Source: an uncultured Enterobacteriaceae bacterium (GTDB lineage: Bacteria; Pseudomonadota; Gammaproteobacteria; Eutrophobiales; Eutrophobiaceae). Taken from it: a DNA stretch of 37,547 nucleotides. The stretch covers positions 1,340 through 38,886 of the forward strand of contig CAZJED010000005.1 of the NCBI GenBank assembly GCA_964544965.1, in the 5' to 3' direction. Below the pieces are notes generated by a model that saw only the letters and a program-made list of their open reading frames with translations, did no database searches and had not been told where the DNA came from. Position 1 is the stretch's first letter. Every line of letters starts with the position of its first letter. Position numbers and translations under genes: made by a program. Below are positions 10,019 to 20,220 of this stretch, piece by piece.

Positions 10019-11188
10019 TTAGCGGACTTTGCCGGCTTCTTCTTCTTCATCGTCATGTAAGACGATATGATCTAATCCATCCGCCCCATCATTATCTTTT
10101 GCGGCCTTGCCTTCAAGTTTAATACGTAAACGTAGCTCATTCATCGAATCTGCGGAACGTAGCGCATCATCGTAAGTAATTTTTCCATCCTCGTATAAAT
10201 CAAATAAAGCTTGATCGAATGTCTTCATACCAAGCTCATTCGATTTTGCCATAATACTCTTAATTTCGTGTACATCGCCTTTTAATATCAAATCAGAAAT
10301 AAGCGGAGAATTTAATAAGATTTCGATTGCCGCAACTCGCCCTTTACCATCAACAGTTTTTAACAGTCGTTGGGAAATGACAGCTTTTAAATTCAAGGAT
10401 AAATCCATAAGAAGCTGTGTTTTACGCTCTTCAGGAAAGAAATTAATAATTCGATCGAGTGCCTGATTGGAACTATTAGCATGCAAAGTTGCCATTGCTA
10501 AATGCCCTGTTTCCGCGAAAGCAATAGCAAATTCCATTGTTTCACGATCGCGTATCTCGCCAAGCAAAATAACATCTGGAGCCTGGCGTAAGGTATTCTT
10601 TAATGCAATCTCCCAATCATCTGTGTCTACTCCAACCTCTCTTTGCATAATGATGCTTTTTTTATGTGGATGAACATATTCAATAGGATCCTCAATCGTT
10701 ATGATATGCCCGTAGCTATTACTATTTCTGTAATCAATCATTGCTGCTAATGATGTTGATTTTCCTGAGCCAGTTCCTCCAACCATAATAACCAAACCAT
10801 TTTTAGTCATTACAGTATCTTTTAAAACTTCAGGTAATTTTAACTTATCTATATTTGGGACATCGGTTTCAATCACACGTAAAACCAAACCATTATAGCC
10901 CTGCTGTATATAAGCATTGGCACGAAAACGTCCGATGCCTTGAGGTGCAACAGCAAAATTACATTCCTTTGTCGCTTCAAACTCTTTTAATTGCTTATCA
11001 TTCATTATGGCCTGACATAATGCTTTAGTATTTTCAGGCGTAAGTTCTGTTTTTGAAACAGGAGTTACTTTCCCATGGATCTTCATTGCTGGAGGAAAGC
11101 CAACTGTAATAAAAAGATCGGAGCCATCTTTCTCAACAAGCGCCTTTAGAAGATCGCGCATATACTTAATTGCTTTTTCTCTATCCAT
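10019..11188 (-). CDS. pilU: Type IV pilus retraction ATPase PilU
   Basis: GSDLFITVGFPP, GGTGSGKST, LRQAPDVILLGEIRD, TLHANSSNQALDRIINFFPE, ADSMNELRLRIKL plus acidic tail. GGAGAG RBS. Confidence 0.95.
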   Translation of the reverse strand: MDREKAIKYMRDLLKALVEKDGSDLFITVGFPPAMKIHGKVTPVSKTELTPENTKALCQAIMNDKQLKEFEATKECNFAVAPQGIGRFRANAYIQQGYNGLVLRVIETDVPNIDKLKLPEVLKDTVMTKNGLVIMVGGTGSGKSTSLAAMIDYRNSNSYGHIITIEDPIEYVHPHKKSIIMQREVGVDTDDWEIALKNTLRQAPDVILLGEIRDRETMEFAIAFAETGHLAMATLHANSSNQALDRIINFFPEERKTQLLMDLSLNLKAVISQRLLKTVDGKGRVAAIEILLNSPLISDLILKGDVHEIKSIMAKSNELGMKTFDQALFDLYEDGKITYDDALRSADSMNELRLRIKLEGKAAKDNDGADGLDHIVLHDDEEEEAGKVR

Positions 11189-11228
11189 TCAAACTCTCCT
11201 GGCTTAAAATCTTTCTCTTATATGGCAA

Positions 11229-12275
11229 TTAAATGTTGTCTTTGTTTGCAGCTTTTGATGCCGCCTCTTCTTTTGTTACAACATTTGACTGTACTAACCG
11301 TTGTAAATCTTGGTCAAGTGTTTGCATACCAAAAGCTTGGCCAGTTTGGATTGCCGAATACATTTGTGCAATTTTATTTTCTCTAATAAGATTTCGTATT
11401 GCTGGTGTGCCAATCATAATTTCATGTGCAGCAATACGCCCTCCGCCTTGTTTCTTTAATAGTGTTTGGGAAATTACTGCTTTTAATGACTCTGATAACA
11501 TTGCGCGTACCATTTCTTTTTCATCCGCCGGGAATACATCTACAACACGATCGATTGTTTTTGCTGCCGAACTTGTATGAAGAGTGCCAAAAACGAGATG
11601 CCCGGTCTCAGCAGCAGACAATGCTAAACGAATTGTTTCAAGATCTCGCATTTCACCCACAAGAATGACATCTGGATCTTCACGTAACGCCGAACGTAAA
11701 GCTTCGTTAAACCCGAGTGTATCTCTATGAACTTCCCGCTGATTAATTAAACACTTTTGGCTTTGATGAACAAATTCAATTGGATCCTCGACAGTAAGAA
11801 TATGTCCTTTTTCCGTTTTATTCTTATGATCAACCATGGCCGCTAGTGTCGTAGACTTACCAGAACCAGTTGGACCTGTTACTAGAACAACACCTCTTGG
11901 ATAATCTGAAATTTCTTTAAAAATGCTTGGGCAATTCAAAGTTTCTAAAGATAATATTTCAGAAGGAATTGTCCTGAAAACTGCGCCAGCTCCACGATTT
12001 TGATTAAATGCATTAACACGGAAACGTGCTACATTTGGAATCTCAAAAGAAAAATCACATTCAAGAAACTCTTCGAAATCTTTCCGCTGCTTATCATTCA
12101 TGATGTCATACACCATATTGTAGACGTCTTTGTGTTCCATCTCGGGGACTTTAACTCTTGTCATATCGCCATCAATACGCATCATTGGTGGCATACCTGC
12201 TGATAAGTGAAGGTCAGAACAACCCTGCTTTACACCCGCTCTCAAAAGATCGCCAATATCGGGGACTTTATCCAT
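11229..12275 (-). CDS. pilT: Type IV pilus retraction ATPase PilT
   Basis: SDLHLSAG, GPTGSGKST, LREDPDVILVGEMRD, TLHTSSA, diagnostic AIRNLIRE. ATG 12275 with GGAGAGG RBS (GTG 12278 alternative). Confidence 0.98.
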   Translation of the reverse strand: MDKVPDIGDLLRAGVKQGCSDLHLSAGMPPMMRIDGDMTRVKVPEMEHKDVYNMVYDIMNDKQRKDFEEFLECDFSFEIPNVARFRVNAFNQNRGAGAVFRTIPSEILSLETLNCPSIFKEISDYPRGVVLVTGPTGSGKSTTLAAMVDHKNKTEKGHILTVEDPIEFVHQSQKCLINQREVHRDTLGFNEALRSALREDPDVILVGEMRDLETIRLALSAAETGHLVFGTLHTSSAAKTIDRVVDVFPADEKEMVRAMLSESLKAVISQTLLKKQGGGRIAAHEIMIGTPAIRNLIRENKIAQMYSAIQTGQAFGMQTLDQDLQRLVQSNVVTKEEAASKAANKDNI

Positions 12276-12498
12276 CACAACCTCTCCCTATAAACTTAAG
12301 ATTAAAATATTACTTTTTTAGTTAAATCGGCGTTGGCTCTTAACTTTTCTTTCATTGCATATCTAGGACAATAAAATTGGTTATTCCTATAATGTTATTA
12401 TTGTATTCTTATGAGTCTTACCGACCTTTTATATACCATAGAGTACTGCAATACTGCGCTAGTGTTAATAGCGGCAGGTGCCAAATAGTGACTATTTT

Positions 12499-13182
12499 AT
12501 GAAAATTGCCAATAATATTAGGAAAATCCGTAGCAATATTAGCGCTGCTGAAAAGCAATATCATCGGGAAGAAAATTCCGTTTGTCTAATCGCTGTAAGC
12601 AAAACAAGAAAAATCGAAGAAATAATTTCGGCAATTAATGAGAATCAACGTCATTTTGGTGAAAATTACTGTCAGGAGGCGATTGAAAAAATAAAGACAA
12701 TCAGAGAGCCTGAAATTGTATGGCACTTTATAGGGCCTGTTCAATCAAACAAAACGAATCAAATTGCTCGCTACTTCAGTTGGGTGCATACCGTAGACAG
12801 GATAAAAATAGCGCGTCGTTTAGATGAAATGCGCCCTAAAAATATGCCCCCTTTAAACGTTTGTATCCAAGTTAATACGAGCGGAGAAATAACAAAATCT
12901 GGTATTCCAATTGAGCAAATAGAAGATTTTATCGATGAAATTAAAGATTATAAGCATATAAGAATAAGGGGTTTAATGTCTCTGCCAGAGATAAAATCAA
13001 ATACAGATGAGCAGAGAACTTCTTTTCGATCACTAAAAAAGATATTTAATCAATTAAGAAAAAATAAACCGGAATTTGACACTCTATCAATCGGCACAAC
13101 ACAAGATATGGAAGCTGCAATTGCAGAAGGGGCGACTTTCGTCCGTATTGGTACGGCTATATTTGGGTCTCGTAATAAATAA
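12499..13182 (+). CDS. yggS: PLP homeostasis protein YggS
   Basis: LIAVSKT, FGENY.QE, WHFIGPVQSNK, GLM, VRIGTAIFG; divergent from pilT as is typical. ATG 12499 preferred over GTG 12478. Confidence 0.95.
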   Translation: MKIANNIRKIRSNISAAEKQYHREENSVCLIAVSKTRKIEEIISAINENQRHFGENYCQEAIEKIKTIREPEIVWHFIGPVQSNKTNQIARYFSWVHTVDRIKIARRLDEMRPKNMPPLNVCIQVNTSGEITKSGIPIEQIEDFIDEIKDYKHIRIRGLMSLPEIKSNTDEQRTSFRSLKKIFNQLRKNKPEFDTLSIGTTQDMEAAIAEGATFVRIGTAIFGSRNK

Positions 13183-13270
13183 AACCTCCTAACATAGGTA
13201 TCTCTAACCTGATATTTTTTTTCTACATCGTTATACTTTCTATTATCTTTTAAAATCTAATATTTAGACT

Positions 13271-14095
13271 ATGGAAAATTTCAAAGTAGCATTTATTGGC
13301 AGTGGAAACATTGCTAGCAGTATGATCGGGGGGCTAATCGCTAATGGAGTAGAACCTCAGCAATTAGTTGCCGCTGACTCAGATAGCACACAACAACAAC
13401 TTATTGCGGAGAAGTATGGTATTAGGGTTTTTGATGTAAATTATGATGCAGCAAAAGATGCTGACGTGATTGTTTTTGCAGTAAAACCGGGACAAATGCA
13501 AAAAGTCGTGCAAGAAGTTTCAGAGAATATAAATATTAAAAATAAATTGATACTGTCTGTTGCTGCAGGAATAAAACTCCAATCAATAGAAAATTGGCTT
13601 GGCCAGCCTTCCTCAGTTATTAGGGTTATGCCTAATATGCCAGCGCTTATTCAGGCAGGAGCAAGCGCCTTATACGCGAATACACTTGTTGAGGAAAAAC
13701 AAAAGAATATAGCTGAAACTATTATGCGTTCAGTTGGTACTGCTATCTGGCTAAATTCCGAAGATCAGCTGGATACAGTTACCGCACTTTCTGGTAGTGG
13801 CCCTGCTTATTTCTTTTATTTTATGGAACTAATAGAAAGTCGAGCAATCGAAATGGGTTTAGATAAAGAAGACGCTCACCTATTGACAATAGAAACTGCT
13901 CTTGGGGCTGCTAAGATGGCGCTGCTATCTTCATCTAATTTAAAAACACTTCGTGAACAAGTCACATCTCCCGGGGGGACAACTGAAGAAGCTCTGAATA
14001 TTTTTATAAAAGGAAAACTGGATAGACTAATTAATAGCGCTATGGACGCAGCAAAAAAACGCTCTATAGAGCTATCAAAATCTTTTAAGGATTAG
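13271..14095 (+). CDS. proC: Pyrroline-5-carboxylate reductase
   Basis: FIGSGNIA, AVKP, RVMPN, ALSGSGPAY, VTSPGGTT. Confidence 0.97.
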   Translation: MENFKVAFIGSGNIASSMIGGLIANGVEPQQLVAADSDSTQQQLIAEKYGIRVFDVNYDAAKDADVIVFAVKPGQMQKVVQEVSENINIKNKLILSVAAGIKLQSIENWLGQPSSVIRVMPNMPALIQAGASALYANTLVEEKQKNIAETIMRSVGTAIWLNSEDQLDTVTALSGSGPAYFFYFMELIESRAIEMGLDKEDAHLLTIETALGAAKMALLSSSNLKTLREQVTSPGGTTEEALNIFIKGKLDRLINSAMDAAKKRSIELSKSFKD

Positions 14096-14098
14096 AAT

Positions 14099-14680
14099 AT
14101 GAGTGGTAATTATTTTGCGCAAGCAACTATTTTTTTGGTTGAACTATTTTTTGATATTTTTATTCTCGCTTTGATCTTGCGTTACTTATTTACAATAGTA
14201 CGTGTGGATTCTTTAAATCCATTATCTAGTCTAATAATTAAAATAACGAATCCTTTACTAAAGCCTTTAAGAAGAACTATACCCGGCTATATTGGTATTG
14301 ACTGGTCATCAGTGCTAGCATTATTTTTAGTTCAGACTATCGAAATAATATTGATTTCATTAATTGTTAATGGAGCAATACCCGTGTTAGGTGGGCTTGC
14401 GATTCTAACTATAGCGCATCTATTAAGAATGATACTTTATATATACTTATTCATTATACTAATTCAGGTAATCATTAGTTGGATAAATCCGAGCTCATAC
14501 AACCCAATCACAAAAATAATGTGCCAAATTAGCGCGCCTGTTCTAAAACCGGCGAGAAAACTTATTCCTTCTGCGGGTGGGGTAGATTTCTCACCTTTAA
14601 TTATTCTTGTCATAATTAATCTTCTTATGATATTGGTGATTGCACCTTTGATGGATTTGGGACAAAAATTATCACTTTAA
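14099..14680 (+). CDS. yggT: YggT family membrane protein (two YGGT repeats)
   Basis: Duplicated NP...P.L.P.R..IP...G.D.S motif; follows proC. Confidence 0.93.
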   Translation: MSGNYFAQATIFLVELFFDIFILALILRYLFTIVRVDSLNPLSSLIIKITNPLLKPLRRTIPGYIGIDWSSVLALFLVQTIEIILISLIVNGAIPVLGGLAILTIAHLLRMILYIYLFIILIQVIISWINPSSYNPITKIMCQISAPVLKPARKLIPSAGGVDFSPLIILVIINLLMILVIAPLMDLGQKLSL

Positions 14681-14713
14681 TAAAACATTTTTTTATTTAA
14701 ATTTAGAATTAAT

Positions 14714-15862
14714 ATGCAAAATTCGTTATCGCCCAAAAGTGTCGGTTTAGTTAAACCACACAAAGTACATTTCGATGAAAAATTGATGCTTGCGTCTGGA
14801 AGTAGTCTTAATAGTTTTGATCTTGTATATGAAACCTATGGCAAATTAAATCCTGATCGTTCTAATGCAATATTAATATGCCATGCGTTAAGTGGCGATC
14901 ATCATGTTGCTGGATACCATTCATCGGGGGATAAGAAGCCTGGATGGTGGGACAACGCAATAGGCCCGAATAAAGCAATTGATACAAATAAATATTTTGT
15001 TGTTTGTCCTAATAATATCGGAGGTTGCGGAGGGTCTACTGGTCCACTGACTACTAATCCTGATACCGGAGAAATTTATGGGCCTAACTTCCCGCTAGTG
15101 ACGGTTAAAGACTGGGTTAAAACTCAAGTAATGCTTGCCGATCACCTTGGTATTGATGTCTGGGCTGTAATTATTGGTGGTAGTCTAGGTGGAATGCAAT
15201 GCATAGAGTGGTCAATTGCCTACCCGGATAGATTAAAACATACTTTTGTGATTGCGGCAGCCCCCAAATTATCTACTCAAAATATTGCATTTAATGAAGT
15301 CGCAAGACAAGTAATTCGTTCGGACCGTAATTTCAATGAAGGCTATTACTATAAAACTGACCATAAGCCAATACATGGTTTAATGCAGGCAAGAATGCTA
15401 GGACATATTACATATCTATCTGATGATGCTCTTGATGAAAAATTTGGGCGCCAACTCCGTGATGGGGAAATCAAATTTGGATACGATGTTGAATTTCAAA
15501 TTGAAAGTTATTTAAGACACCAAGGACGTTCATTTGTTGATCGTTTCGATGCAAACAGTTATTTGTTAATTACAAAAGTACTGGATTATTTTGATCCGGC
15601 TGCTGAAACAAATGGTAACCTAGCAAAGGCAATAACTCCCGCAAAAGCCGAGTTCCTAATTATTTCCTTTAGTAGTGACTGGCGTTTTTCGCCAGCACGC
15701 TCAGTAGAAATTGTTTCAGCATTACTAGAGGCAAAGAAAAAAGTTAGTTATATAGAAATACAATCTAAACAAGGTCATGACTCTTTTTTAAAAGAAATTC
15801 CCATTTATCATAAAGCAATAAAAACTTCTCTAGATCGTATTGCAATGGAAATTCAAGTCTAA
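14714..15862 (+). CDS. metX: Homoserine O-acyltransferase (MetX family)
   Basis: [26 protein letters not shown] (Ser nucleophile), RFDANSY, GHDSFL. Acetyl versus succinyl specificity not determined. Confidence 0.95.
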   Translation: MQNSLSPKSVGLVKPHKVHFDEKLMLASGSSLNSFDLVYETYGKLNPDRSNAILICHALSGDHHVAGYHSSGDKKPGWWDNAIGPNKAIDTNKYFVVCPNNIGGCGGSTGPLTTNPDTGEIYGPNFPLVTVKDWVKTQVMLADHLGIDVWAVIIGGSLGGMQCIEWSIAYPDRLKHTFVIAAAPKLSTQNIAFNEVARQVIRSDRNFNEGYYYKTDHKPIHGLMQARMLGHITYLSDDALDEKFGRQLRDGEIKFGYDVEFQIESYLRHQGRSFVDRFDANSYLLITKVLDYFDPAAETNGNLAKAITPAKAEFLIISFSSDWRFSPARSVEIVSALLEAKKKVSYIEIQSKQGHDSFLKEIPIYHKAIKTSLDRIAMEIQV

Positions 15863-16464
15863 TGAATCTGAGAACCGATCAATCTCTAATCGCAAAATGG
15901 ATTAAACATAATACTCGTGTACTTGACCTTGGTTGTGGTGACGGAACACTTCTTGCGAATTTACAAAAAAAGCAAAATGTTACCGGCTATGGTATTGAAA
16001 TTGATGAAGAGAATATTATTAAGTGTTTAAAAAGCGGAGTTAATGTAATACAAACTGACCTTGATGCGGGATTATCCCAATTTGATAATAATACGTTTGA
16101 CTATGTCATCATGACACAAACACTACAAGCAATTTATTACCCCGAAAAATTATTAACAGAGATGACTCGTGTCGGGCATGAAGCAATTGTGACCTTCCCG
16201 AATATGGCGCACTGGAAATGCAGAATACAAATGGCGCTTGGGGGACATATGCCAAAATCTAAAACTTTGCCTTATGAATGGTATGACACACCAAACATTC
16301 ACCTTTGCTCATTAGATGATTTTGAAAACTTATGTGCGGAAAAAAATATAGAAATACTCGAACGAACAACAGTTGATCATGCTCATCAAATAAGTTTGGG
16401 AATGAGTATTTTGCCTAATTTGCTAGGAGAAGTCGCAATTTATCGTTTTAGATCTAGCGCTTGA
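15862..16464 (+). CDS. metW: Methionine biosynthesis protein MetW
   Basis: VLDLGCGDG, QTLQA, TFPN, LPYEWYDTPNIH; start overlaps the metX stop. Confidence 0.95.
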   Translation: MNLRTDQSLIAKWIKHNTRVLDLGCGDGTLLANLQKKQNVTGYGIEIDEENIIKCLKSGVNVIQTDLDAGLSQFDNNTFDYVIMTQTLQAIYYPEKLLTEMTRVGHEAIVTFPNMAHWKCRIQMALGGHMPKSKTLPYEWYDTPNIHLCSLDDFENLCAEKNIEILERTTVDHAHQISLGMSILPNLLGEVAIYRFRSSA

Positions 16465-16469
16465 TAGCA

Positions 16470-17246
16470 TCAAGGCAGCTTAATGCTGTAATCAATAATC
16501 AAAGGCGCGTGATCAGAAAAACGTTCGTCTTTATATATCGAGGCAGTCTTGATTTTATTTTTTAATCCTGGCGTTACCACCTGATAATCGATACGCCAAC
16601 CAATATTTTTAGCCCATGCCCGCCCTCTGTTGGACCACCATGTATACTGTTCTGCCTGCTTATTTACTGCTCGAAAAGAATCAACCATCCCAATATTGTC
16701 AAACAAATTATCCATCCATGCTCGTTCTTCTGGCAGGCACCCTGAGTTTTTCTGATTACCTTTCCAATTTTTAATATCAATTTCCTTGTGAACGATATTC
16801 CAATCGCCGCAAATAATATATTCTCGTTTTTGACGTCGTATTTTTTTTAATACTGGTATAAAACGATCTAAAAAATCAAATTTTATTGCCTGACGTTCTT
16901 CGCCGGATGAACCGGAAGGAAGATATAGTGAAATAATGCTTAATTTATCAAAGTTAGCTTGTAAAAAACGCCCTTCATCATCAGCAGCTTTCCATCCTAT
17001 TTTATCAAGGACTTTATCAGGCTCCTGACGACTATATATAGCAACGCCACTATACCCTTTTTTGACAGCACTATTAAAATATGAAAAGTACCCTTTAGGT
17101 TTGGTTATCTCGTCTGTTAATTGATCAACTTGTGCCTTTGTTTCCTGTATACATATAACATCGGCATCCTGTTTTTGGAGCCAAATAAAAAAATTTTTTC
17201 TATGTGCGGCACGTATTCCGTTAACATTTACTGAAATCACTCTCAT
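16470..17246 (-). CDS. xth: Exodeoxyribonuclease III / AP endonuclease (Crc-like clade, catalytic residues intact)
   Basis: NVNGIRA, QETK, GYSGVA, EGR, YLPSG, CGDWN, YTWW, GWRIDY, SDHAP; divergent from pyrE. Confidence 0.9.
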   Translation of the reverse strand: MRVISVNVNGIRAAHRKNFFIWLQKQDADVICIQETKAQVDQLTDEITKPKGYFSYFNSAVKKGYSGVAIYSRQEPDKVLDKIGWKAADDEGRFLQANFDKLSIISLYLPSGSSGEERQAIKFDFLDRFIPVLKKIRRQKREYIICGDWNIVHKEIDIKNWKGNQKNSGCLPEERAWMDNLFDNIGMVDSFRAVNKQAEQYTWWSNRGRAWAKNIGWRIDYQVVTPGLKNKIKTASIYKDERFSDHAPLIIDYSIKLP

Positions 17247-17323
17247 TCAAACTATCCTATATTTATTTTGCACTGTATCATACACAATCATCTTATATTT
17301 GTTTGTTAAATTAAGAGTCTTAA

Positions 17324-17971
17324 ATGAAAAAATTTCAAAAAGAGTTTATTAAATTCGCGATAAAAAGAAAGGCATTATGTTTTGGGGAGTATCAACTTAA
17401 ATCCGGGCGTATAAGCCCTTATTTCTTTAACACCGGAATGTTTAATGATGGCGAAAGCCTTTCAAAACTTGGTGTATTCTATGCGGAAGCACTTCGAAAC
17501 TCAGGTATTAAATTTGAAATAATCTATGGCCCTGCCTACAAAGGTATTCCGTTAGCTTCAGCGATGGCAACCTCATTCTATGAAGTGTTTGGGGAAAACT
17601 ACCCATTCTGCTTTAATCGAAAAGAAATAAAAGATCACGGCGAAGGAGGGATTACACTTGGTGCTAAAATTAAAAATCGAGTCATTATTATTGACGATGT
17701 AATATCAGCTGGAACATCAATAAATGAATCGGTAAAAATAATCAATCAAGAGGGCGGTAGCGTAGTTGGTGCCATTGTTGCGGTCGACAGACAAGAACAG
17801 GGTGAAAATCAGAAATCTGCTATGCAAGAAGCGGAAGAAAAATATAAAATTAAAATTATTAGCATAATCGGATTAAACAATATTATTTCCTATATAAGTA
17901 AATATCCCGACTTTAAAGAACATTTAGACAGTATCAATAAATACATTGAAAAATATGGTGAAATTAGATAA
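17324..17971 (+). CDS. pyrE: Orotate phosphoribosyltransferase
   Basis: LKSGRISPYFFN, GPAYKGIP, NRKEIKDHGEGG, IIDDVISAGT. Confidence 0.98.
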   Translation: MKKFQKEFIKFAIKRKALCFGEYQLKSGRISPYFFNTGMFNDGESLSKLGVFYAEALRNSGIKFEIIYGPAYKGIPLASAMATSFYEVFGENYPFCFNRKEIKDHGEGGITLGAKIKNRVIIIDDVISAGTSINESVKIINQEGGSVVGAIVAVDRQEQGENQKSAMQEAEEKYKIKIISIIGLNNIISYISKYPDFKEHLDSINKYIEKYGEIR

Positions 17972-18000
17972 TGACTTCAAAATAGTGGCCGTACTATAAT
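17971..18000 (+). promoter_or_regulatory. Possible sigma70 promoter for the DUF4124-like gene
   Basis: Perfect TATAAT at 17995-18000, with ATGACT at 17971-17976 (18-bp spacer). AT-rich background lowers confidence. Confidence 0.35.
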
Positions 18001-18029
18001 AATAACTAGCTTTAGTAATAGTGAATTCT

Positions 18030-18647
18030 ATGACCAATAAACCTTTAAATTTAATTATTCTTTTAATACTAAGCACATTAATTCTTGCTAGTAATGCAAA
18101 TGCAAGGATGAAATGCTGGACAAATAGTGATGGAGTAAAAGAATGTGGCGATAAAGTTCCACCGGAATATACCCAACAAGGCTATCAAGAATTAGGTAAG
18201 GGTGGAATAGTTAGAGAAGAAACAAATAGAGTTAGAACCAAAGAGGAATTGCAAAAAGAAAAAGTTGAAGCTGACGCCAAAGCCCGTAAACAAAAAGAAA
18301 TAAAGAGTAAAAGAGCGCATGATAAAATGCTTCTTGAAACATTTACTGGTATCGATGAAATTGAAGAAACACGTCAACAAAAGATCGAAGCTATAGACTC
18401 TACCATTAAAGTTGTGAAAAAAAGAATTATAAAATTACAATATTTACTTGATGATGAACTAGATGAAAATTCAATTGATAAACAAATTGATGGCGAAGAA
18501 AAAAAATCTAATAACACTGAATCACTAAAAAAACAAATTTCTGAAAATAAAAGTTACATAAAAAAGAAAATTGATGAAAAGGAAGAAATTAAAAAAACAT
18601 ATTTACAATACATCACTAGATTTAGAGAATTGAAAGGACTAGATTAA
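18030..18647 (+). CDS. Exported DUF4124-like coiled-coil protein
   Basis: Signal peptide ending ANA, then MKCWTNSDGVKECGDKVPPE (DUF4124-like W-x3-G...D..PP), D..LLETF motif, charged coiled coil. Start 18030 (ATG) or 18021 (GTG). Confidence 0.7.
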   Translation: MTNKPLNLIILLILSTLILASNANARMKCWTNSDGVKECGDKVPPEYTQQGYQELGKGGIVREETNRVRTKEELQKEKVEADAKARKQKEIKSKRAHDKMLLETFTGIDEIEETRQQKIEAIDSTIKVVKKRIIKLQYLLDDELDENSIDKQIDGEEKKSNNTESLKKQISENKSYIKKKIDEKEEIKKTYLQYITRFRELKGLD

Positions 18648-19238
18648 TTACCTAAAACTACCTGCTTTTATTACACTCCATTGTACTTCAAAATGCTCAG
18701 TTGGTTTTTTTTTAAAAGAGCTTTTAACAAACTGAGATAGCTTGCCCTCTATATAGATTAATATTTGATTGGCAACAGCATTAATATCACTGATCGGTCT
18801 TGGACCATTACCTAAATTTGATTCGCGTAATATTTGTCGTATTTGTGATTCTATTTTTTCAAAAAATAGCGTAACTCTAGAATGCAGTTGTTCATTCTCT
18901 CCAAGCAAAATATCACCAATAAATATGCGAGTAATTCCAGGATTTCTTTCAAAAAAAGAAAGGACTATATAAATAATTTTTTCGCAACGTATCGTTGGAT
19001 CGGTCTCTCCATCTAATATTTTATTGATTAAAACAAATACTGAATCTTCAGTAATTGTGATTAAAGACTCGAACATTTTTGATTTACTTGCAAAGTGCCT
19101 ATATAAAGCGGCTTCAGAAACTCCAACGGAATTTGCAAGGCTTGATGTTGTAATAGGTAAACCAAGTTTTTTTTCTAATTCGATTGTTAATACTTTTAAT
19201 ATCTGTTCACGTCTGTTTATCTTAAGTTTACTAATCAT
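18648..19238 (-). CDS. slmA: Nucleoid occlusion factor SlmA (TetR family)
   Basis: RREQIL, ITTSSLA..VGVSEAALYRHFASKSKMFESLI, NPGITR, F.KIE.QIRQILRE, FVKSSFK..P. Confidence 0.9.
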   Translation of the reverse strand: MISKLKINRREQILKVLTIELEKKLGLPITTSSLANSVGVSEAALYRHFASKSKMFESLITITEDSVFVLINKILDGETDPTIRCEKIIYIVLSFFERNPGITRIFIGDILLGENEQLHSRVTLFFEKIESQIRQILRESNLGNGPRPISDINAVANQILIYIEGKLSQFVKSSFKKKPTEHFEVQWSVIKAGSFR

Positions 19239-19249
19239 AATCTAAAATA

Positions 19250-20158
<909 letters not shown>

Positions 20159-20220
20159 TTATAAAAATTAATATTAACCATCTTTGAGTGTAATAATGAC
20201 CATTGTTACGTTTAAAAAGT

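Noticed and set aside
8931-12275. Similar sequence blocks among pilT, pilU and pilU2 as DNA repeats or a recent duplication
   Set aside because: Similarity is limited to conserved ATPase motifs; the proteins are otherwise well diverged.
12467-12484. TTGGCAC on the minus strand as a sigma54 promoter for pilT
   Set aside because: There is no GC at the -12 position (GG-N10-GC is not met).
17273-17288. CTGTATCATACACAAT as an SOS box between xth and pyrE
   Set aside because: The right half-site CAG is missing; it is only a short TGTAT-C-ATACA palindrome.
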